DNA of 64,000 nucleotides from NCBI GenBank assembly GCA_051294375.1, contig CM119270.1:10026984-10090983 (forward strand), in the 5' to 3' direction. The notes beneath the pieces were generated by a model. It was not told the origin of the DNA. It saw only the letters and a program-made list of their open reading frames with translations, and made no database searches. The position numbers and the translations under genes are program-made. This document shows, one piece after another, positions 1-10,269 of the stretch. The stretch's first letter is position 1. The number at the start of each line of letters is the position of its first letter. This DNA comes from Paraspadella gotoi. Lineage: Eukaryota > Animalia > Chaetognatha.

Positions 1-464
1 CTTAGCAAAAAGCTCCAATAACTCGTGATTGTATGGTTGGGTTGGAAAGAAATTTTGTGTCTGGGTAGGAAAGCTGGATATAAAGTTTTGACGGAATCGT
101 GTGAGTTTAAGAGGAAAAAACATAAGTCGCATTTACTAAAATATTTTTAATTATTTTAACCAATAAGTACTCTAATTAATCATAATTGGATTTTTTGTGT
201 GGGTAAAAAAATGTGTTACGATGCTTGATATAAAGTTTCGGTGGAAACATACAGTGGAAATGAGTTTAAATGAAAAAAATATGAGTCACATTTACTTGAA
301 TCTTTTTACTTATTTTAACCCATAATAGATTGAGATGAAATTTTGTGAGCGGGTAGGAAAGTGTGTGTGAAGAAGCTAGATATAAAGTTTTGACGAATTG
401 TGCCAGTGGAAATGAGTTTAAATGGAAAAAACATAAGTTACATTTACTTGAATCTTTATTATTT

Positions 465-496
<32 letters not shown>

Positions 497-587
497 CAGA
501 AAAAATGAGCATAGGATCGTCGCAATTGCAAAGAGAGAGAGAGAGAGAGAGAGAGAAGAAAAATGAGCATAAAGGATCGTTGCAATT

Positions 588-648
<61 letters not shown>

Positions 649-1689
649 AGAGGATCCGAAATAAAAATTAGCGAATAAAAAAGTTATTTTACTCACTGAA
701 TAAAAATAATTAAAATACTTACAAAATACATAAAATTATAAAATTATTATTCCGATAACATTGTTTAATCACATGCAATATATCTAGTAAGGCGGGCAAA
801 ATTGAACACTTTTTATAACTTCTAGTTCTCTCAAAAAAATTTCTTTTTCCTTCTATACTAAAATCGATTTTCAATGTAACTTTTTGAATTAGTTCTTTGG
901 GTTGTTGCACTGAAGCTTTTAAATATTTATTAATATATAACAAATGACAAAAAAATTTTAAAAATTTGATTTTTTTAAGAACGGGTTCTTGTAAAGCTTA
1001 AAAAGTTAAATGAAAGTTAGTACTATAATTTTTTTCAAATTTTGACAATAAATTGGTTAAAAATATAAAAAACCTTAAAAAAATTATCATCATCATCATC
1101 ATTGGCTGAATTTTTTTTTTTTAATTTTTCATAAATAAAACAAAAAAAGTTGTATTAATAACCTTTATCTAACTTTTAAAGCTCTATCAGAATCTATAAA
1201 AAAAAATTGATAAGCAAAATTTTAAAAATTATTTTTCATTTTCATATTATTTAATAGTCGCTTAACCATTAACCATTAACCATTTGAGAGAACTTCTAGT
1301 TTTCAACCTGTTCCGGCCTAATATCTAGTAAGGCGGGCCAAAATTGAACACTTTTTATAACTTCTAGTTCTCTTTAAAATTTTTTTTTTTTTCCCTTTTA
1401 CTACTAAATCGATTTCAATGTAACTTTTGATTTAGTTCATTGGGTTGTTGCACTGAAGCTTTTAAATATTTATTAATATATAATAATTATATACAGTTTT
1501 GACGGAATTGTGCCAGTGGAAATGAGTTTAGATGCAAAAAACATAAGTCACATTTACTTGAATCTTTAATATAATGATTACTAATAAATGTTTTAATTAA
1601 TTAATTAGTTAATTAATTAATTAATTAATGTGAAAAAATGATGCAAGTTAAAAAAATCTTAAAAAGCATAAAGATCGTCGCAATTGCAT

Positions 1690-1759
<70 letters not shown>

Positions 1760-2050
1760 GAGAGACAAGGAGACATAAAATAAAATAAAGGATATTTGTT
1801 TGTTTTGATAAAATGTAAACAAAAACATATTTAATAACTGTCCTAACCCAATTTTAAGGACATCGATGATGATAAGTTGAATATAAATTTAAAATTAATT
1901 ATTACATATTAAAATTAATTAATTAATTAATTTAATCGTTAATTAATTAAATTAATTAATTATCGTAGGCAGATCCGACATTGTTTGCTCAAACTTGTTT
2001 CTTAGTCGAGCTTGTCAAACTGATTGTTGTAAAGTCCGCCATTTAACCTG
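1..2050. repeat. Interspersed repeat with internal tandem units (GTGGAAATGAGTTTAAATGGAAAAAACATAAGTCACATTTACTTGAATC) and (AG)n tracts; probably a DINE-1/Helentron-type non-autonomous element
   Basis: The unit recurs at ~90-140, 255-310, 405-460 and 1515-1565, and again at 16790-17360. The first bases of the window match 12707-12780, which follow a (TCCG)n microsatellite, a DINE-1-like hallmark. Segment ~780-940 is duplicated at ~1320-1480. Family assignment is inference. Confidence 0.45.
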
Positions 2051-3357
2051 TTTTTTTATTGAGAAGTAAAAGCTTGGAACAATAAATTAGGTGTAAAAAA
2101 TAACTATTTTATGACATGTACATTCACAAGTAAAAAATCCCAATCAATAAACAAGTTAACTAATGCATGGAATATAGGACGGGATTAAAAACATAATTAT
2201 AAGTGTGGGTTGACTTTTGTTTTTACAGTTTTAAGAACGGTTATTTCTGCCACCTCGCGAATCTCTTCTTCAAAACAGAAGTCGTTGGTTTCCTCGATTT
2301 AGAGAAAAATCAACTAATTTTTCTACCCCTTCACAGTGATCAAAAAAAAAATTAAAACTGGATAAAAGCCACTTGAACATACGGGCATAAATACCTATTC
2401 AGTATTTCCATAGTAATGCTACGAAGTCTTATGTAAGATAACAGTTTCCAAAAAGTATTCTTGCTCAAGTTGAGTCTTTGAGAGGTTTTTTTCACCCATA
2501 TGGATGGAAGAGAAAAATTATTTGACTTTGTTATGGTATCAGCACTTTGTCTAGTTTGTTAACAAATAAAAAAAGATTTTCATATTATGTCACTATAAAA
2601 ACATAGACAAAACTCATAGAATTTCAGCCGATTTCAATCAATCAGATTTAGTTCCTAATGATACATCTTCTCACTAATCAGTTATCAATTTAATCTCATC
2701 CGCATTCGTCCGCCCTTTTGAGAAATCCAAAAATGCTTTTCATTCAAAAAATAACAAAAAATAATTCGATATTCTTCAGAAATTACCATATGATTCTTTT
2801 CTTTGATCGATTTTCCGATTTTAATTTGCTTAGCGCACTTTTAAAAAGATTAAATTAAAGATTTTATGTATAGCAAACATACACCTATTACTTATAATAT
2901 AAATATAAAAAATATTAAATTAGGTCAATTTCTTTTTAATATCAAAATTATAAATCAAAAGACGTTCAACTACCATAAATAGTTTCTTTAAGAACCAAAT
3001 TAGTCGGTTAATAAATTTTTTCTCCATATTTTTTCAAATCAATCTTAAACATTTGAAACTTTCCCAACGACCTCAGAGGGCTTCTATGATAATCAGCATA
3101 CGAGAAAAAGTTCTTTTTGCCAAAAAAGAGAGGTTTATCCGGAAATTTACTCCATTTGGATCAATGCCCTTGTCCGTTCACGAGTGACACCATTTCTCAT
3201 TGGATAAATATTTTTACAATTTTCTTTACTCATTCTATAGCAAAGTACTGGACGTTTATTATATTTTAATTTCATAAGATTAATTTGATATTTACTTATA
3301 TAAAACCTTTCTTTAATGGTCATCCAATGTAACTTTCAGTAAAAAACTGAAACTCTG

Positions 3358-4393
3358 TGGGCTTACGAGAAGGCTAGGTTTCGGCTGAACCAGGCTGAGG
3401 GCAGTGGCCAACAAGGGGCTGCCCAAGTAACCGCTGACGCAAGTTCAACCTGCACCCCCCAGGAGGACGAACGAGGCCTTGCTGCTAAAGGACCTACCGC
3501 GCCCACCACAGCGCAAATGGGAGATAAGCAGAAGCGTCTCAAGAACGTGGGCCACCTGTCCCTCCCCTACCACCAGGGGATCTCTGAACCATTGGTGCGC
3601 GTGCTAGCAAAGCAGGGAATCTCCACTTCAGTGACGGCCCGCGGCTCTTTACGTGAACAATTTGGTGAAACCGAAAGACAAAATTCCCAGACCGAACACC
3701 TCAGGAGCTGTCTACTGGGCGGCCTGTGCAGGCAAGGGAAACCAAACCTGCTCAGCAGCATACGTGGGCGAGACCGGAAAATCTCTCTCAGATCGGTTCA
3801 AACAGCATATAAAGCCCTATCATGACGCCCGTGGTCACTTTCTGTCGGCTATTGCCGAGCATTCGGCATCTTCTGGCCATCTGTTTAGAGAGACGGACTG
3901 TCTCGTGCTGTCCCATGACCAAAACTGGTTCACTAGAGGTATTAGAGAGGCAATTTACATCAAAGCCCTCGAGCCCTCTCTGAACCGTGATGGAGGACGA
4001 TTCGACCTCCCTCCAAGCTATGATTCGCTTATCAAAATGGAGGTGGAACGCCCGACGCCACCCCAACCGCACGGTGATTCCCCTGTCCCTACTCAACGGG
4101 TCAGGCGAAGGCCACTCAGCAGGCAATGGACGCCCGATGCCTCTCCTGAACTTGCAGCAACATGGTGTGACCCTCATCGCACCGAGCGTCGCCCAAAACG
4201 ACGGCGGCAGGAAGAAGGAGAGGAATCTGTATCCCCTGCATTTAAGCAGGCCAGAACAGATAATCACCCGCCTCGTCGTCAGGCGAGAGGAGGGCCGTCG
4301 GCAGGCTTATCAGGCCAGAGGGATATTAGAACGGCCTTGGGAATCATACCCCAGCCTACTACAATACACTTCCAGTCTATGACAAGCCAATGA
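3358..4393 (+). pseudogene. C-terminal part of a Penelope-like polyprotein: post-RT linker, GIY-YIG endonuclease and long basic tail; one frameshift near 3655; RT absent
   Basis: First frame: WAYEKAR...LSLPYHQGISEPLVRVLAKQGI..GSLR, a typical PLE linker. Second frame: LVKPKDK...GAVYWAAC...CSAAYVGETGKSLSDRFKQH...SAIAEHS...GH...REAIYIKALEPSLNRDGG, a PLE-type GIY-YIG domain with conserved R, E, N and CCHH residues. Confidence 0.9.
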
Positions 4394-4486
4394 CCCGATC
4401 ACATCGCTCACGTCCTACATTTGCCAGGCCGGGGGGGGGCCAGCTCTCTTTTGAGCTCTTTTCTTTATCTTACTTTCACTAACATC

Positions 4487-4950
4487 TGTGGCGAGGCTCC
4501 AGGGTCGCGAAGAAGCGTGACAAGAGTCTTGACACGTTAGTGACAGAGCACTAATGCATGACGATGATGACTTTATCGAGAGGCAGGCATGTAAAGCAGG
4601 GAAAGCATGTCACTGATTAAGAAGCACTTGTTTATCAATTGATTTGTTTCATGAGATAAAAGTAGTTGATTCGATTCGTTTTAAATTAAAAAAAGTTTCT
4701 CACTTTAATAATGTAGTCAGTTACATTTGAGAAGAATTAAACCATTGTCCTTCATGATTGATCAAGAATGTTTTATTTCAGAGTGAATACAAGAAGTGAA
4801 TAAAAACAGGAATAAGACGTTCTCAGGTAACAATCATAATAAGGCAGTTTGAATTATTACAGAGCCATCTGTTATGTGAGGAAAGATCAAACGGTTTTAA
4901 CTGAAAACAAAAGGTCTTCGAATCTGATTTAATACGCTCAGGTGGCCACA
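4487..4950 (-). repeat. 3' LTR of the Gypsy element
   Basis: Direct repeat of 10270-10736 with TG...CA ends; preceded on the minus strand by the purine-rich ACAGGGGGCA (4951-4960, PPT). Confidence 0.95.
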
Positions 4951-5351
4951 TGCCCCCTGTTTGTAATATTGGGTAAACGAATATTACTACAAAATGTGTT
5001 TGTCGTCCATCTGAGTGATTGAAAGTGTGATGATAATTACTAAAATAATTATATAAATATATAAAATTGTTGGTCTAAAAGGAGACCGGTTGAAACATGC
5101 AACAATAAATTTTCTTTTTCAAAATCCATAACAAATCCATAAAGTTTCATAACATTCAAAGATTCAAAAATTACTAAAATTGGAAAATTTCAAAACGAAT
5201 ATATATTCTATAAATAATGTACAATTGGCAGTCGGAGCTTTCGGGAGGAAGCCGCTCCGACTGTCGATTAGGTCGACAGCAGGGGGTTTCGTTTTTTGTC
5301 TTTTTGTTGTTGTTATTGTCGTTAGTTCTTTTTGTCTTTTTAACATTTCCT

Positions 5352-8300
5352 TTAGTACACTGAATAGGTTTGGTCGATTATTGTTTGGACATCTTCGAGA
5401 GGAGTTGTCGGCGGCGGGTGGTCTAGAGAATCTCTCCATAAGGGGGGAAGAGAGGGAAGGAGGAGGAGGAGGAGAGAGAGCCGGATTGGTGACGCTGCGA
5501 GTTGAAGTTCTTGAGGCGAGTTGATCGAGAACGTTGGCATTGGTCTCCGAGTTCTTGGACCTGGTGGACGACCCGCGGGGCGTCGCTGAGGATGATCTAG
5601 GTCGAGTTCAAGCGTCTCGTCGCCGATCCAGGCTGGTTTAACGCGTGCGATGTTCAATACTTCTCGCCCGATGCTCGGGATTTCCACCGTTATATTCAAT
5701 CCGTTCCTATTTACCACTCTGTAAGGTCCCTCATATGGGGGAACGAGTGGTGGGTGTACTCCTGCCCTTTTTATGAATACATAATGAGCTGAGTCGAGGT
5801 TGCTGGGGATGTGTACAGTCGGTTGGCGATGGGCCGATGTCGGAGTTGGCTGTAATCTAGCGACTTCGACTCGAAGCTTGGCTAGTTGTTGTCGGCGTCG
5901 ATTTTGGAGAGTGGCGTCATCTTCCTGGAGGCTGTCGACAATGCAGCCGGGGACGCTGATCCCTTCTCCAAACACTAAATCGGCTGCTGAGGCGCCTATG
6001 TCCTCTTTGATTGTCGTTCTGATGGCCAAAAGCGTCATGGGAAGTTTCCAGTACCATTGTTCTCGATTTTCTTTGGCTAAGGCGCTGAGTGATTCCTTGA
6101 GGCGTCTATGAAACCTCTCCACCAGGCCGTTGGCCTGGGGATGGTACGCCGTTGTTGTCTGGTGTTTGATCCCCCACTGTTTAATGAGCTGTCTCCACAA
6201 GGCAGAGTTAAACTGTGTCCCTCTGTCCGTTGTTATCGTCGCTGGGGTACCGAAAATAGCTATCCACTCGTGGCTCAATGCGTCCAAGATAGTTGACGTT
6301 ATCGTATCCTTTATTGGGATAGCTGCTGGCCATCTGGAGAATCTGTCGACTATGGTCAGCAGGTTCGAAAATCCGTTGGAGTTTGGCATCTTAACCAAAT
6401 CTAGGTTTATGTGTTGAAAACGGCGTGATGGTATTCGAAATTCGCCGATTTCTGGTACCACGTGACGAGTAATCTTCGCTCGTTGACAGTCTAGGCACTC
6501 CCTCGTCCACTTGGACACATCCTGGCGCATGTTTGTCCACACGAATTTTGCGGCCATAGCTTTGCGAGTGGCCTCGACGCCAGGATGTCCTAATCCATGT
6601 ATGACGTTGAAAACTTTTTTGCGCCACGACGCCGGGACGAATGGCCTCGCTGGCCCGTTAGAAATGTCGGCTAGTAAATCCTGTTCTCCGACTTTGATTT
6701 TTCTAAAGGTTAATCCCGTCCTCGCGTCTTCTGCGATTTTCCTATAGTCGGGGTCGAGCGTTTGTTCTTGGGCCATGCGCTCAAAGTCGATTTCGAAATT
6801 CGTCAGCGACGCTATCATCGCTTGTGCGTCTTCCAGTTTGTCGATTTTCATCTGCTTCTGCTGAGGTGAGGCAGTTGACGCTGGAGGCGTTGATGATGGC
6901 GCTGGTAAGTTTGTCGATGAGTCTGGCGCGTTTCTCGATGACGCTGGCTGTGTTGTTGCTGCCGGCGTCGTTGCTGGCGTCATTGCGCTTACCGCCGCTG
7001 TTCCTGCCGCTGCTGGCGCTGCTGTCGTCGTCGAAAACGGCGGCGAGAGTGTCGATGAGAGTGACGACATCGATGATGGCGCCGAGGATGATGTCGACGC
7101 CGCTGTCGTCGCTGTCTGCGCTGCTGCGGCGGCTGCGGTCGCTGTGGCTGCTGCTGTTGACGCTGTCGAGGCTGATTTTTTCGCTATAGGCGCTTCCAAT
7201 GTGGCGTTTGGTCGCGACAACGCATCGGCGACCACGTTAGCTTTTCCTTTTAAGTACCTGATATCGGTTGTGAATTCTGCTATGACTGATAGCTGATATG
7301 ATTGCCTGACTGTTTGTGGTTCAGCCTTCTTTTTGATCGCTGCGACAAGGCTTTGGTGATCAGTATATAAGGTAAAAGCTCTACCTTCGATCCAATGTCT
7401 GAAATGTCTGACGGCCTTGAACGCGCCAAAAAGTTCTTTGTCGAAAGGCGGCCATAATTTTTGGTTTTTGGCCAGTTTGGTGGAAAAAAAGGCCAGGGGT
7501 TCCCACCCCTTTGGTCCTCGTTGTTCTAGCACAGCTCCGACTGCTTGGTCGGAGGCATCTGTAGTGATACAGAGTTGAGCTCCCGTTCTCGGATGGTGGA
7601 GCAAGGCGGCTTGAATTAGGCCTTCCTTGATGGCCTCGAACGCCTGTTCACAGTCTTCAGTCCAGTTGAGGCATTTGGGCTTCCCGCTCAACGCCTCGTA
7701 GAGAGGTGCACAACGGTGTGCTACTTTCGGGATAAATCGCCGATAGTAGTTGATCATGCCCAAAAACCTCTGCAGTTCCTTGATGGTTGTTGGACGAGTT
7801 GTCTCCTGCAGGGTTTGGACACGTTTCGGTAATGGTCTAACGCCGTTTTTATCCACCAAAAATCCGAGGAATTCCAACGACTCCTGGCCCAATAGGCATT
7901 TTTTAGTGTTTACCACTAATCCGTTGGCGTCCAGAGCCTTAAAGACTCTTTCGAGGTCTTGGTAGTGTTCCTCGGCTGACGACGATGCCACCAAAATGTC
8001 GTCGAGATAAACGAATGTATGGGGTATGTCTCCCAGTATCTCATCCATGAGTCTCTGGAAGTCCTGTCCGGCGTTTTTAAGGCCGAACGGACATCTTGGG
8101 AAGACATATAACCCAAATGGTGTGATGACAGCCGTCTTCTTAACATCCTCAGGATTGACTGGAATCTGATGATATCCTTTCAACAGATCTATTTTTGAGA
8201 AAATCGTTTTTCCCTCTAATTGAGAATTAAAATCACTGAGGAGTTTGACTGGATATTTATCATCAACAGTCTGCGCGTTTAGCCGCCTGTAATCTCCGCA

Positions 8301-8996
8301 GCATCGCCACCCCCCATCAGGTTTTTCTACGACATGGAGGGGCGACGACCACTCGGATTTCCCACGCTTGGCGATGCCAAGTGAGACCATTTTTTCTAGC
8401 TCACGTTTCGCTACTGCAAGCTTCTCTGCATCCAAACGGCGGGCTCGAGACTGACATGGTCTCCCTTCCGTTGGGATGGAGTGCGTTACCCCATGCTTGG
8501 GTTCCTTGACCTCGAACGTGGGCGTCGACAGTGAGGGAAATGACTCCAAAAGTTTATAAAACTTTTCCCCCTGGCGGTCGACGAAGTTGACGTGTGACGT
8601 CTCTTCCGTCGTCGTTGACGCCGCGATCGTCGAGTAGTCGCGAAGGTCTAGTAGGAGGCCGTCGCGGTGGTTCGGGGCCAGAAAGTTTTCTGCTAGAAAG
8701 TCAGCTCCTAATATATGCTGTTTCACGTTCGCGACGACGAAGGTGTAGTGAAATTCGCGATTTCCAAGCTGCACGATTTTGTCGACTGTCCCGAAACATT
8801 CTATTAGTGAACCGTTGGCTGCCTGAAGTCTCATGTCTGGGTCCGGGCCTTTCTGGCGTTGCTCTCGAGTTGGTGGTACAATTGAGAGGAGAGCTCCTCC
8901 ATCTATCAGCCATTTGGTCCGATCTCTGGCGTCGCGGATGTGGAGGAGTCTATTTGGCGCCGGTGAGTGGGTTGAGGCGAGGGGGACGGCGTTCAC
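5352..8996 (-). CDS. pol: Gypsy Pol polyprotein (aspartic protease, RT, RNase H, integrase with GPY/F motif), probably made as Gag-Pol by -1 frameshift
   Basis: Protease WLIDGGALLS...ILGADFL; RT WSSPL..V.K...DYRRLN, FSKIDLLKGYHQIP, PFGLKNA, YLDDILV; RNase H TDASD...KELFG...TDHQSL...NVVADALSR; integrase HGLGHPG...CLDCQ, DLV...TDRGTQF...NGLVERFHR, EGPYRV. Confidence 0.97.
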   Translation of the reverse strand: MNAVPLASTHSPAPNRLLHIRDARDRTKWLIDGGALLSIVPPTREQRQKGPDPDMRLQAANGSLIECFGTVDKIVQLGNREFHYTFVVANVKQHILGADFLAENFLAPNHRDGLLLDLRDYSTIAASTTTEETSHVNFVDRQGEKFYKLLESFPSLSTPTFEVKEPKHGVTHSIPTEGRPCQSRARRLDAEKLAVAKRELEKMVSLGIAKRGKSEWSSPLHVVEKPDGGWRCCGDYRRLNAQTVDDKYPVKLLSDFNSQLEGKTIFSKIDLLKGYHQIPVNPEDVKKTAVITPFGLYVFPRCPFGLKNAGQDFQRLMDEILGDIPHTFVYLDDILVASSSAEEHYQDLERVFKALDANGLVVNTKKCLLGQESLEFLGFLVDKNGVRPLPKRVQTLQETTRPTTIKELQRFLGMINYYRRFIPKVAHRCAPLYEALSGKPKCLNWTEDCEQAFEAIKEGLIQAALLHHPRTGAQLCITTDASDQAVGAVLEQRGPKGWEPLAFFSTKLAKNQKLWPPFDKELFGAFKAVRHFRHWIEGRAFTLYTDHQSLVAAIKKKAEPQTVRQSYQLSVIAEFTTDIRYLKGKANVVADALSRPNATLEAPIAKKSASTASTAAATATAAAAAAQTATTAASTSSSAPSSMSSLSSTLSPPFSTTTAAPAAAGTAAVSAMTPATTPAATTQPASSRNAPDSSTNLPAPSSTPPASTASPQQKQMKIDKLEDAQAMIASLTNFEIDFERMAQEQTLDPDYRKIAEDARTGLTFRKIKVGEQDLLADISNGPARPFVPASWRKKVFNVIHGLGHPGVEATRKAMAAKFVWTNMRQDVSKWTRECLDCQRAKITRHVVPEIGEFRIPSRRFQHINLDLVKMPNSNGFSNLLTIVDRFSRWPAAIPIKDTITSTILDALSHEWIAIFGTPATITTDRGTQFNSALWRQLIKQWGIKHQTTTAYHPQANGLVERFHRRLKESLSALAKENREQWYWKLPMTLLAIRTTIKEDIGASAADLVFGEGISVPGCIVDSLQEDDATLQNRRRQQLAKLRVEVARLQPTPTSAHRQPTVHIPSNLDSAHYVFIKRAGVHPPLVPPYEGPYRVVNRNGLNITVEIPSIGREVLNIARVKPAWIGDETLELDLDHPQRRPAGRPPGPRTRRPMPTFSINSPQELQLAASPIRLSLLLLLLPSLPPLWRDSLDHPPPTTPLEDVQTIIDQTYSVY

Positions 8997-9023
8997 CGTC
9001 GACGCCCCCCTTTGGCGTTTCCC
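8980..9023 (-). promoter_or_regulatory. -1 programmed ribosomal frameshift signal: slippery heptamer G GGA AAC (9017-9023) plus downstream GC-rich stem-loop
   Basis: The gag frame reads GAG GGA AAC, an in-phase X XXY YYZ heptamer. The -1 frame is open from there into pol. Downstream GGGGG..GACGG-TGAACG-CCGTC-CCCC can fold into a stem. Confidence 0.8.
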
Positions 9024-10075
9024 TCACGCCTCTTTTGGCTTTCGTCGAATCGTGAGCATCCCGGCTCACATGACCATGCCTCGTCGCCAAACTTTACGTG
9101 TTTTTGGCAGAGGGTCGTGAGCTTTGCTTTTGGTTTGTCCTTTTTTCCTTGGAACTGTTTCTTCTTCGCCTTGAAGACTCGTTTTGTGTTGGCGCCAATC
9201 GCGTTGACGCCTTCGCTGTCTTCTGAATCGGAGTTTTCCTGATCTCTAGCATAATGATTGACGTTGCTGATTAGCGTCGACGCGGATTTTATTTTGACGT
9301 TGCCTTCGTTATCGAAATGTCGGTCGGCGATCTCGCACAGTTCTCTCGCCGATAATTCGTCCGCCTTATCCTCGAGTTGACGCCTAATATCGAGTGGAAG
9401 TTCACGAAGGATCTTCTCTTTACGTATGTCATCAAGGGTCAACGTTCTCGTCTTCTCCTCTAGCTGGGCAAGGAGTTTCGAGGGTTTCAGGCCGTCGGCG
9501 TCGAGAGTATCAAGCATATTCGCTGCCTGCTGGCGTCGAGTCAATCCATACTCTTTTCTAAGGTATTCGAGGAAGTTGAGCCATGCTGATTCTGTTGCTT
9601 CGCCATAGAGAAATTGATTCATCCTGGGATCCACTTTAACGCCTATTTTGGATTCCAGATAGGCGAATTTCGACTTAGGGGAGGTTACGCCGGCGCGTAT
9701 GTACGCCGCCTCAACCCTTTTAATCCAGATTTCAATGTTTGATGGGTCGAAGTCTGGCAAATCGGGCTTCCGGTTCGATGCCCGTTCCAAAGCGCGCGTG
9801 GCGGCGGCCAAAACGGCGCGTAGCTCCGCGTTTTCGTCGTGAAGATCTCTGGGGGTCGCTCCGCCTGTCGCCATGTTGGCGTCCACGAAGTTTAACTCGC
9901 TGACTTGCTGGAAACTGAAGGATGGGGCCGCGTCGGCGAAAACTGGAGACGTTGATCGCGCTCGAGTCCCTCTTCCGAATCCTCCTGGTATTTGGAGGCT
10001 TATCGTCGTCTCCCGCTGGTCCTCGGCGTTGCGCTGGGATGAGCGGAGACGTGAGCGGATCTCTGAGTCGCTCAT
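8993..10075 (-). CDS. gag: Gypsy Gag protein with CHCC zinc knuckle
   Basis: 360-aa ORF between the 5' LTR and pol: KPDLPDFDPSNIEIWIKRVEAAY...KFAYL, LKPSKLLAQL, and C-terminal CQKHVKFGDEAWSCEPGC. Confidence 0.92.
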   Translation of the reverse strand: MSDSEIRSRLRSSQRNAEDQRETTISLQIPGGFGRGTRARSTSPVFADAAPSFSFQQVSELNFVDANMATGGATPRDLHDENAELRAVLAAATRALERASNRKPDLPDFDPSNIEIWIKRVEAAYIRAGVTSPKSKFAYLESKIGVKVDPRMNQFLYGEATESAWLNFLEYLRKEYGLTRRQQAANMLDTLDADGLKPSKLLAQLEEKTRTLTLDDIRKEKILRELPLDIRRQLEDKADELSARELCEIADRHFDNEGNVKIKSASTLISNVNHYARDQENSDSEDSEGVNAIGANTKRVFKAKKKQFQGKKDKPKAKLTTLCQKHVKFGDEAWSCEPGCSRFDESQKRREGNAKGGRRR

Positions 10076-10253
10076 TGACGTCGTGATGTCCTCGTCGACG
10101 TTTTAGAATCCGACGTGTATTGGGGATAAAGATTGGAGAAAGGAGTGTGAGAAGATTGGGTGTATAAGCTTAAACCAGATTCCTCGCCCAATCTTACCTC
10201 GGAAAAAGACCGAGTTGGCTTGAATCCCCTTCTTGAAGGTTGGCTAGGTTCTG

Positions 10254-10267
10254 CGTCGTTCTCACCA
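10254..10267 (-). promoter_or_regulatory. Primer-binding site TGGTGAGAACGACG (imperfect tRNA-Trp-like)
   Basis: Starts with TGG two bases after the 5' LTR CA end; matches the usual Trp-type PBS TGGTGACCCCGACG at 11 of 14 positions. Confidence 0.65.
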
Positions 10268-10269
10268 AG

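Noticed and set aside
363-1828. RE/SL-rich ORFs here and across the window (e.g. 20652, 27908, 48904-49685, 53574, 59054)
   Set aside because: Translations of (AG)n/(CT)n microsatellites with no domain content.
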